NCBI GenBank assembly: GCA_050230475.1
Contig: JBFLGF010000185.1
Span: forward strand, 49,756-69,755
Direction of reading: 5' to 3'
Length of the DNA: 20,000 bases
Source of the DNA: Ancylonema sp.
Taxonomy: Eukaryota
Under the pieces are notes generated by a model. The model saw only the letters and a list, made by a program, of their open reading frames with translations. It ran no database searches and had not been told where the DNA came from. Below are positions 10,385-20,000 of this stretch, piece after piece; within the stretch, counting starts at the first letter, position 1, and each line of letters opens with the position of its first letter. The position numbers were made by a program, and so were the translations under genes.

Positions 10385-12004
10385 CTACTTTTCTCGAGCC
10401 GAAAAAATCCTCCGCGAACGTGGCGACTCCTCGCACCCGAAATCCAGGTCGGGTATGGTGAGAGAACCGAACCGTAGGTCCTGTGAAGCCCTCACAGATG
10501 TCTGAATCACTGCGGCAGCGGAAGCTGCCGGAAGGTTCTCCCTCTGAGCACCCTGCAGCACCTCTGACTGCGACCAGGGACTGCCCTTAACCGAGCTCTG
10601 CCCCGCAGACTCTCCCTCAACTGCCTGCAAGCTCACTATTTCTCCCACAACTTTCTTCAGCTCTGCCTCTATGTCCAACCCCAGTGGCCGACCTTTCTTG
10701 AGCATCCGATCTGAATGTCTTTCCAACCCCTCATTCTCGTCCGGCGACATGTCGCAAGACTCTGCGATGAAGATCAAGGGCGAAACCTCGCAGGCACGCT
10801 CGGGAGATGCCCGTTTAGAACCCCTCACATTGGTTGCTGAGTCAGCAGTGTGCCGCCCGAGCGCCGCTCGAAGACTTGCCAGGAGGGACCCATCCTGTCT
10901 GAGAGCAGGCTGGGCTGGACTGGGCTGGGTTGATACTGCTGCCGTAGGGCGACTGGCATTGGATCCTTGAGCGTCTGCCGATGCTATCACCACCTGGCGA
11001 TTTAGTGCTGACACATTGCTGGGGTGGACCCTCAATCCAAGAGAAATCACACCTCCGCTTTCGTCTGGCTTCTCAGAGTTGATAAGGGCAAAGTCCTTCA
11101 ACATCCGGCAAGGGTCCTCCAGCAGGAAACTGCAAAATTATAACATGACATTGTCAGGGTGTGTCTGCACATTCGGAAGCTTACAAAACCAAATCTCTGT
11201 GCAGACAGAGAGAGTGAACAACGGCGCATGCACTCCCCAGGAGACACAGAGCAACGGCACTTAGGCAGACAGACATGAACAAGTCAGTCAACTGAAAGTG
11301 TACGGTTGGTAAAAAAGAGTATGTGTCGCCCGCATATCTCTGTGGACATAGTTCACATGAGTTGCGACCTCTGGCATCACATACCTTTCCAGTGGAATGT
11401 GAGTGTAGGCCAGCATCACATCAAGATGCGATCCTCGGCTGTAACTTGCCATCCAGACTTGACACGTTAGCTCCTCGTCACCTTCCAAGATGCAGACCTG
11501 TGACAACATCACAATCCCGCGTTATGAATACAGGTTCAGAGAAACTGTAAAGAGCCGCTCACTCATAAAAACCTGACTCTACCGTTCAGCCAACCATACA
11601 ACAACGGTAGAAGTGCATGTACGTATGTACGAAATCGAGTGGAGAATCCACAAGTCAAACGTAGTCTGTCTGCGCCAACCCAACCCTCAATTCTTACTAC
11701 ATATGGAACTGCATCTACTGCTGCTCTTACAACTATGTCATGCGCAGGCGTGCAGCAGTATGACTGTGAGTGTACACACCTGCATGGTCTCATGGAAGAC
11801 CGGCTCGCTTCCCCCTTCCTTAGCTTTTCTGGTTCTAAGATTTTGTTTGCTCGGAGTTCTTCCTCCGAAGACTTGCACGTACACATCCTGGCGAGGAGTG
11901 TATGAACCATTTGAAGGCATTCGATTAGGAATGTCATGGGCTTGCGCTATCAGCATATCAAGTATGCCAACGGGAGGCCGTTTCACCTTCCTTCTCTGAC
12001 CCAT
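10385..12004 (-). CDS. Plant-type C2-domain (calcium/lipid-binding) protein, copy 1; exons 12004-11780, 11497-11385, 11129-10385; 360 aa
   Basis: Spliced N-terminus PPVGILDMLIAQAHDI..QDVYVQV..RTRKAKEGGSEPVFHETMQ|VCILEGDEELTCQVWMASYSRGSHLDVMLAYTHIPLES|FL..KDFALINS..GGVISLGLRV follows the C2 beta-sandwich pattern. It resembles, from memory, the Arabidopsis At1g50570/At5g12300-type family (QARDI..QDVYAK..GGxNPVF..CEIxMxS..KEFxL). A disordered S/A-rich tail follows. The 3' end is uncertain (see findings). Confidence 0.8.
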
Positions 12005-12011
12005 GGAACGT

Positions 12012-12555
12012 CTAAATGCAACAAATACTGCGCACTAATATGAGTACCAAAAAACAAATCTCTGAAGGAAAATCCGCTGGCGGTAAGAATATTGGTCACT
12101 AAACTTATAAAAGTTGTGAAGAAGCACCCACAGGGGAAGGAAATATTATAAGCTTGTAATGAGTCGCAGATTCTAAAGTCCCGGCTCGCCTCAGGCGTTG
12201 TGGGCGTCAATGGAATTACTGCTGAGAGAGGGATGACTTTCGGCTCATTCGACTGCAAAAGCTGCAGAAATCTGTTTGGAGGTCAGGTCTTTGACTGCGG
12301 CAAGAAGTCCGCCCCGCGTCTTTTTCCGGAGCCACTCTTTATGGGGTGAAAGGTGCATAGCTACACGGTCAACGCAATCGAGTCAAAGTTAATCAGCTTA
12401 CGTATCCATCACACTACTGCCGACCTACTTCGAACAGTGAGAAGAAGATCCATCTTATCGGACGGCAGGATGGATCTTGGGATCTAGATTGCAGCTCAAA
12501 TCTCGTCGACCAACACCGAAACAGATCATTGGCGCTCTTGATAGGCTGGCTTACC
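12012..12555 (-). other. Probable 5'UTR intron of the C2 gene
   Basis: Strong donor CAG|GTAAGC at ~12555 and acceptor TTTGTTGCATTTAG about 7 nt upstream of the ATG at 12004. Confidence 0.5.
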
Positions 12556-12918
12556 TGGCAAGGAGCATTCCGCGGCATTTTACGCTTCGATCCTCAATCG
12601 GAGGAATACTTCCCACGAGCGAAGACCTCACATGAATGTGTCCTCGTGGGTGAAACCGCGTTGTCACACAATTGTCACAAACGGTCACCATCGAATTCGT
12701 GGATTGCAGCCAGATGCTGATTGATTGCTCAGTGCTCAATGCTGTAGTGCGGCGCGCTGAGGTGACACTTTTGTCACCCGTGGACGGCTGCTGAGACCGC
12801 GCCCGGAGTTTTTTTTTGCCGAATCGGATTTCCAATACGGTCCATATCGTTTCACGCCGGGATCGGATCGGATCGGTGTCGGACACGCGATACCCGTGTC
12901 GTGCCAAAGTCGTATCCA

Positions 12919-12927
12919 AAACCCTAA
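12919..12927 (+). promoter_or_regulatory. Telo-box (AAACCCTAA) upstream of the C2 gene
   Basis: Exact AAACCCTAA in the presumed promoter region, near a (GGATC)3 run at 12860-12876. The copy-2 equivalent is cut by the window end (19994-20000). Confidence 0.4.
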
Positions 12928-13041
12928 TGCAAGAATAAAACGCAATCGCTGAGCTAGAGATATGGACTTAACCCGACCACCCTTGTTTTGGGCTACGAGT
13001 TGTTTATCGTACGTTACAAAAAAAAGCATTGCCGTGCCGTT

Positions 13042-13352
13042 TAACATCGTTGGTCGACTCTGGCGCCTCCGGCACCTTCATCGACCCTTCAGTCCTCCTC
13101 CAGTCCCGCCTGACTCCCCTCCCCCACCCCCACCCCATCCCTGTCGAGCGCATCGATGGCAGCTCGGCCTCTCCTGTTACCCACTACTTCCCATCCCGTC
13201 TCAGGATACATGGCACGCATTCAGAGGACATTACCTTCGACGTGATCTAGCTCGCGCACTTCCAAGTGGTCCTGGGGTTTACAACCCCACCATCGATTGG
13301 CACGCCGGCACGCTCACGTTCGCCTCCCACCTCTGCGCGTCCACCTGTCTTG
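13042..13352 (+). mobile_element. Degenerate Ty3/gypsy LTR-retrotransposon aspartic protease fragment
   Basis: SLVDSGASGTFID retropepsin motif, then PIPVERIDGS..ITFDVI*LAHFQVVLGF, then after a frameshift NPTIDWHAGTLTFASHLCASTCL. This matches the typical VVLGxPWLxxHNPxIDW..LTF..C...C region with PWL deleted. In-frame TAG at 13248-13250. Ends at the N. Confidence 0.88.
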
Positions 13353-13353
13353 N
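13353..13353. other. Single-N assembly gap / contig junction
   Basis: The only ambiguous base noticed; it separates the retroelement fragment from the start of the duplicated block. Confidence 0.9.
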
Positions 13354-13354
13354 A

Positions 13355-15237
13355 TTTTAGTGACTTTGGTGTTGCAATACGCGGGTGGCGGACCCTTGTA
13401 TGCCTTGCACACCAAGGAAAGGACGTCCTCATAGTCCTGTGAGTAACACACGGAGCAGCGCCAAACATCAGCTTGGGAAACGATAGAAAGGACTCGAAGA
13501 AATGGGGATGAGGTCATGGCTGCATCAATCAAGCCATCTGCTCGATGTCACTGTGTATTCAGAGCATGTACTGACTACACATCTATACATCTTCACATAT
13601 ATACATATATACAGCTGTACTGACTACACAGATATACAGCTATACAATTATACAGCTATACAACTATACAGCTATACAGTTATACAGCTACACAGTTATA
13701 CAGCTATACAGCTTTACATCTATACATCTTTACATCTATACATCCATACATCCCTGATATTGTACCGTAATGGACCTCAACATTCTTACTTGAATTGTAC
13801 GTCCATTGAGTTAAGGGTGCAGTTATCTGACACAGGTGGACTCAGACATGGCACACATTCATCGTAGAAGCTAGAAGATGGAAGCTCACTTCATAACTTG
13901 GTGCTCCGTTCACCAGCAGCCAGGGTACGTACTGGTGGGCAGGCTCCAGGGCATCAGTCTCACTAGCGAACGTTCGAATCAGCTGCCAGCAAACGAAAAA
14001 ATAATGTCAAGTGTGGTATGTGAGGTCACTGACACACCAGATGAAAGCACCTATAGCAGGAAGGAAACGAAAGATCCTGTTGGAGCAGACAACGCCTATG
14101 ATGGGAAGGCAGAAAGGTCGATAACTCGATTCTAATAAGTGATATAATATAATAAATCGATAATGATTCTTTGCGTAAGTGAGAGACCGCACCTTGTCTC
14201 CCAAAGGTCCCAAGTAGCACTCCTCAATCTTCGACCACTCCAGGCCTGCCTTTTCAGCGCAGGCTGGAGCAGTGGATTCAAGAGAGTAGTCGCCGGCAAT
14301 GCATTCCACGAATGGATACCATGTGGACTGAAAGCATAGGCAGACACATGAGTGATGAGGGTACAGAGACTGCCTACCAGTCTAGGAGCACGGCTGCTTA
14401 CAAACAGTAGGGTAGAAAGCTGACCACAGCTGGATAGAAGTGGACCGCACAGGCCTCGATGAGGTTGCCGGCGCACTCAATGACTCCGTGCTGCACGGCA
14501 ACCACAGGCTGGAGTAGTCAGGAATGACTCTCAAATGGACATGGTTTGGTGCTTCAGCATCTCTTATCGAGTAGCCGCCCAGTCCAGTTAGAAATCAGAT
14601 TATTTTCCATGCAATCGTCATTTTATATTCACAGCAGTGACATTGTGCAAGATTGGGAAGAAGAATGCTGCTGTTCAGGTTTGCTTAAAATGTAGACTGG
14701 CAGCCCTCCCACAGGCTCGACGGCTTACCTGGCAGACGATGGTGCCGTTCGGCGCTACCACCGCGTTGCCATAAGGTATGATCAGGAAATCGGAAATCTC
14801 GATGTGAGGGCTTTCGACAAATTCCTTGAGAGCTCCTTTGATGAATGCCGCGCAGTAAGGGCAAAGCGACTCCTCGTAGAATTCTACAGACACTTTTTCG
14901 GGAATTGAAAGAAATTGGCGGAAAGCTCTAGAGAATCGCGTAAGAGACTGACATCCAAGACTGTAGGGAGCCCCAAAACCTGCACCAGACAAAAAATCGA
15001 TTGCACTAGAACCGTCAAAACTCTGCATTGTGCTGTGCAGTTTACAACCGTCGTATCTCCAATACTTCTCTGCTGTACCATCAGCTGATCGCTTGACTTG
15101 GAAGGTGAAGGAGATGCATGAAAGATTGGAATAAAATTTGTGAACATACCAAGCGGAATAGCATGCACTGAAGTGCAAGCGACTGCGAGGATCATATAAG
15201 CACACACCAACGGCAGACGTCCGATCCGTGCCATCAT
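13355..15237 (-). CDS. GILT: GILT family protein, copy 2, 3'-truncated at the gap; exons 15237-15150, 14979-14729, 14490-14425, 14327-14193, 13982-13890, 13436-13355
   Basis: Exons appear identical to copy 1. The last exon stops at ..CNTKVTK and lacks the final 23 residues and the stop codon. Confidence 0.88.
13577..13752. repeat. Degenerate 8-bp tandem repeat in GILT intron 5, copy 2
   Basis: Same sequence as 6490-6665. Confidence 0.88.
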
Positions 15238-17459
15238 AACTGCAGCAGCTACACTGTTCACGGGAAATAACTTCTCACAGCGTAATTGAGAGCTTATTGA
15301 CACAGTTATTTTCGAAAGCTCGTAGCAACCGGAACTTTGGACGGAGGAAAGGACCTGATGGCAGTCGTGGACAGGCACCACAACGCATCTGTTCCCCATC
15401 TGCAGTTCCCCGCCAGATCCCGTTGTAGCTATGCAAGCAGCAGTCATTTTAGCGAGAATTTAGGATGCCCGCATTTTGCACTGAGTCTGGGCTGGGCGGG
15501 CCAACCCCTGCGCTCCTTTCCAATCTGTTCCCACCATTCCGCCCATCTTATCCCAGCCTCTGCCGACCTGGTATGACCGTGCACCCATTTCAAAGTGCAC
15601 CACATCTCCAAACCCGACCCAACCCATCATCCAATTTTGTGGCCCCCCATTTTTTCAATGCTTACGGACGCTCATACCTCATCCTACCCATTCCGGCTGC
15701 TCTCGACCCTCTTCCAACATCCCTTACCCCTTCCAACTTCACCAACTCAAACAAACTTGTACTAAGTACACCCAACCTGTCGGTGCGACTCTCTCCTTAT
15801 CTTCGTCGCACCCAACATGCCTCTCCCTTTCTCTCCTTGACCCGACCCAATCCCAACCTCCCCTAATTTAAGCAAATTATAACAATTTTTTGCCAATTTT
15901 TGTTTATTCATCCTCGCCCAATCGCAACAGTATGGATCTAGTTTGGTTCAGATGGCAGACCGAGATAGGGAAGCTGTGGGCTGGGAGTCGGGTATGAGAC
16001 TCACGTATGGTAATAGTGCATATCTACACCCTGACAACCATTAATGTGGCAAGCATCACGCGGAAAGCGTGACTTGTAAGCATCGTGTATGTTTGTGTGC
16101 TTGTATGCGCAACCTCGCAAAATTAGTAAAATAGGACTAATACCTCCACTTAAATTTATCAAATTACCAATATTCAGACATGCTGTGCAGCTTCAAGTGT
16201 GTGGGATATACGCAAATGTCAACTTGAAGTAACCAAATCATACAAATTACCTCTAGATGTCATACCTCTACCGATTTCAATATTCCTTCGCCACATACTA
16301 GCAATCCATACTACAACGATTCATAAGGGACACGCAAGGCATGCGGCACATTCCGTTAGCATTAAATCAAAGTCTCAAGAGGAAGCACAAGAAGGAAATT
16401 TCACAACATGGGAAGATGTCGTAAGCATTGTTTGTGGCACACTGCCAGTTGATGAATTAATTGGAGGCTGAACAATAAAATATGCTGTATGTACAAAAGC
16501 CGCAGAAGGTCTTTCTTGTGTTCAACACTGACTACCATTCAAAGGAGACAATCACTTGGCTTTACTTCTTCGAGCCGAGCCAATGTGATTTCGGTCCTGC
16601 TCATCATTTAATCAACCTCATAAAGCCTGAAAATAGGACCCTAAATCCCACCACTCACCAACTTGACAACCATGAAGCTGCAAATACAAGACTACTCACT
16701 CCGAAAGGTGACAGCCAAGCCTACTCCAATCTAACTCAAAATGGAACAGAAATCACCACCAACTTTCCCTCTCATAACTGCAGCTTCATGGTCCTATTTC
16801 TCTTAGAGTCCAAAATTGCGACTGTATTGTTCTTGCAAGGTAGTTGCCGTACCCACAAGGGCCTCCACATTTTTATGTGTTTGCCAATGCTCTCTTCTTA
16901 CTCCATCACACTTTCTTTTCCCCTCTTTCGTATCTACTTCCTCACACCTCTTCCTCTCATTCTTTTGCATCCTCCGCTGCCACAGGAGCTGCCTCTGACC
17001 TGAACTCGCAGATTTCTCCGACAGAGTAGTGGGGGGAGCCAATACCACTAGTCGACTTCCCAATGTCCTCATCTCCCCCTCCAGCTCCCCGTCCAACTCC
17101 CCCTCCGACCCAAAGCTAAGATTCACTTGCTTCACACTCCCAATCGATTCGCATGACTCCGTGACATGTTCCCCCCCCCCAAACAGACCTTGCGAGACAC
17201 CACGAATGGGATCTTTGCGATTCGCGAACGAATCGAAGTCAAACTCAAAATTGCCCTCGAGTGGATCGGCATCATCCACCCCTTCCCCTCCTCCTCGATG
17301 CCCCGCGCCTTCCTTAGGCAGATTAAGAACCTCTTCCAAGCCTCCATCTATCACCTGTTCCGTCTCTCCCCAACAGAACAGCGCCCCAGGCGAGTCCACA
17401 TCTTTCTGCCACAAGTGCGACCCTTCTACCTTCTGACATACTTTCAGGTCTTCCAAAAC

Positions 17460-19079
17460 CTACTTTTCTCGAGCCGAAAAAATCCTCCGCGAACGTGGCG
17501 ACTCCTCGCACCCGAAATCCAGGTCGGGTATGGTGAGAGAACCGAACCGTAGGTCCTGTGAAGCCCTCACAGATGTCTGAATCACTGCGGCAGCGGAAGC
17601 TGCCGGAAGGTTCTCCCTCTGAGCACCCTGCAGCACCTCTGACTGCGACCAGGGACTGCCCTTAACCGAGCTCTGCCCCGCAGACTCTCCCTCAACTGCC
17701 TGCAAGCTCACTATTTCTCCCACAACTTTCTTCAGCTCTGCCTCTATGTCCAACCCCAGTGGCCGACCTTTCTTGAGCATCCGATCTGAATGTCTTTCCA
17801 ACCCCTCATTCTCGTCCGGCGACATGTCGCAAGACTCTGCGATGAAGATCAAGGGCGAAACCTCGCAGGCACGCTCGGGAGATGCCCGTTTAGAACCCCT
17901 CACATTGGTTGCTGAGTCAGCAGTGTGCCGCCCGAGCGCCGCTCGAAGACTTGCCAGGAGGGACCCATCCTGTCTGAGAGCAGGCTGGGCTGGACTGGGC
18001 TGGGTTGATACTGCTGCCGTAGGGCGACTGGCATTGGATCCTTGAGCGTCTGCCGATGCTATCACCACCTGGCGATTTAGTGCTGACACATTGCTGGGGT
18101 GGACCCTCAATCCAAGAGAAATCACACCTCCGCTTTCGTCTGGCTTCTCAGAGTTGATAAGGGCAAAGTCCTTCAACATCCGGCAAGGGTCCTCCAGCAG
18201 GAAACTGCAAAATTATAACATGACATTGTCAGGGTGTGTCTGCACATTCGGAAGCTTACAAAACCAAATCTCTGTGCAGACAGAGAGAGTGAACAACGGC
18301 GCATGCACTCCCCAGGAGACACAGAGCAACGGCACTTAGGCAGACAGACATGAACAAGTCAGTCAACTGAAAGTGTACGGTTGGTAAAAAAGAGTATGTG
18401 TCGCCCGCATATCTCTGTGGACATAGTTCACATGAGTTGCGACCTCTGGCATCACATACCTTTCCAGTGGAATGTGAGTGTAGGCCAGCATCACATCAAG
18501 ATGCGATCCTCGGCTGTAACTTGCCATCCAGACTTGACACGTTAGCTCCTCGTCACCTTCCAAGATGCAGACCTGTGACAACATCACAATCCCGCGTTAT
18601 GAATACAGGTTCAGAGAAACTGTAAAGAGCCGCTCACTCATAAAAACCTGACTCTACCGTTCAGCCAACCATACAACAACGGTAGAAGTGCATGTACGTA
18701 TGTACGAAATCGAGTGGAGAATCCACAAGTCAAACGTAGTCTGTCTGCGCCAACCCAACCCTCAATTCTTACTACATATGGAACTGCATCTACTGCTGCT
18801 CTTACAACTATGTCATGCGCAGGCGTGCAGCAGTATGACTGTGAGTGTACACACCTGCATGGTCTCATGGAAGACCGGCTCGCTTCCCCCTTCCTTAGCT
18901 TTTCTGGTTCTAAGATTTTGTTTGCTCGGAGTTCTTCCTCCGAAGACTTGCACGTACACATCCTGGCGAGGAGTGTATGAACCATTTGAAGGCATTCGAT
19001 TAGGAATGTCATGGGCTTGCGCTATCAGCATATCAAGTATGCCAACGGGAGGCCGTTTCACCTTCCTTCTCTGACCCAT
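17460..19079 (-). CDS. Plant-type C2-domain protein, copy 2; exons 19079-18855, 18572-18460, 18204-17460
   Basis: Same translation and splice sites as copy 1 (offset 7075). Confidence 0.8.
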
Positions 19080-20000
19080 GGAACGTCTAAATGCAACAAA
19101 TACTGCGCACTAATATGAGTACCAAAAAACAAATCTCTGAAGGAAAATCCGCTGGCGGTAAGAATATTGGTCACTAAACTTATAAAAGTTGTGAAGAAGC
19201 ACCCACAGGGGAAGGAAATATTATAAGCTTGTAATGAGTCGCAGATTCTAAAGTCCCGGCTCGCCTCAGGCGTTGTGGGCGTCAATGGAATTACTGCTGA
19301 GAGAGGGATGACTTTCGGCTCATTCGACTGCAAAAGCTGCAGAAATCTGTTTGGAGGTCAGGTCTTTGACTGCGGCAAGAAGTCCGCCCCGCGTCTTTTT
19401 CCGGAGCCACTCTTTATGGGGTGAAAGGTGCATAGCTACACGGTCAACGCAATCGAGTCAAAGTTAATCAGCTTACGTATCCATCACACTACTGCCGACC
19501 TACTTCGAACAGTGAGAAGAAGATCCATCTTATCGGACGGCAGGATGGATCTTGGGATCTAGATTGCAGCTCAAATCTCGTCGACCAACACCGAAACAGA
19601 TCATTGGCGCTCTTGATAGGCTGGCTTACCTGGCAAGGAGCATTCCGCGGCATTTTACGCTTCGATCCTCAATCGGAGGAATACTTCCCACGAGCGAAGA
19701 CCTCACATGAATGTGTCCTCGTGGGTGAAACCGCGTTGTCACACAATTGTCACAAACGGTCACCATCGAATTCGTGGATTGCAGCCAGATGCTGATTGAT
19801 TGCTCAGTGCTCAATGCTGTAGTGCGGCGCGCTGAGGTGACACTTTTGTCACCCGTGGACGGCTGCTGAGACCGCGCCCGGAGTTTTTTTTTGCCGAATC
19901 GGATTTCCAATACGGTCCATATCGTTTCACGCCGGGATCGGATCGGATCGGTGTCGGACACGCGATACCCGTGTCGTGCCAAAGTCGTATCCAAAACCCT

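Larger units (their letters stand above)
6268..12925 (+). repeat. Copy 1 of a >=6.6 kb direct duplication (GILT plus C2 gene)
   Basis: 6268 aligns to 13355 (offset 7087) and 12925 aligns to 20000 (offset 7075). The ORF sets are identical except around 8300-9430 and 9797. Confidence 0.97.
13355..20000 (+). repeat. Copy 2 of the direct duplication (continues past the window end)
   Basis: Near-identical to 6268-12925. Confidence 0.97.

Noticed and set aside
9954..10970. Plus-strand ORFs (135, 128, 99 aa)
   Set aside because: Antisense shadows of the C2 exon 3 and its in-frame extension; no recognisable motifs.
264..12004. TIM9, GT4, GILT and C2 genes as a functional gene cluster
   Set aside because: Different predicted compartments and pathways; adjacency in a compact eukaryotic genome is not evidence of a shared system.
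13314..13436. Apparent GILT-retroelement fusion ORF (..TKVTKXQDRWTRRGGRRT)
   Set aside because: Reads through the N gap, so the junction and frame are not reliable.

Overview
Eukaryotic, intron-containing DNA, most likely from a streptophyte (charophyte alga or early-diverging land plant; inferred from a plant-type C2 protein, a plant-type TIM9 and a telo-box). From left to right: the first coding exon of mitochondrial TIM9 (- strand, continuing off the left edge); a divergently oriented 5-exon GT4-type glycosyltransferase (+, ~451 aa, possibly with an N-terminal membrane anchor); a convergent 6-exon GILT-like thiol reductase (-, 261 aa); and a 3-exon C2-domain gene (-, 360 aa) whose stop codon is followed by 218 more open codons in the same frame. 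A degenerate Ty3/gypsy protease fragment (~13042-13352) ends at a single N (13353). After the N, 6268-12925 is repeated almost base for base (13355-20000), starting inside the last GILT exon. This layout looks more like an overlapping-contig or haplotype assembly artefact than a true tandem duplication. One ~0.8 kb intergenic block is clearly diverged between the two copies. I see no firm evidence for a novel multi-gene system. The best leads are the in-frame TAG in the C2 gene, the diverged block, and the unusual GT4 gene. All gene models were spliced by hand from GT/AG sites and phase compatibility; family assignments come from recalled motifs, not from searches.
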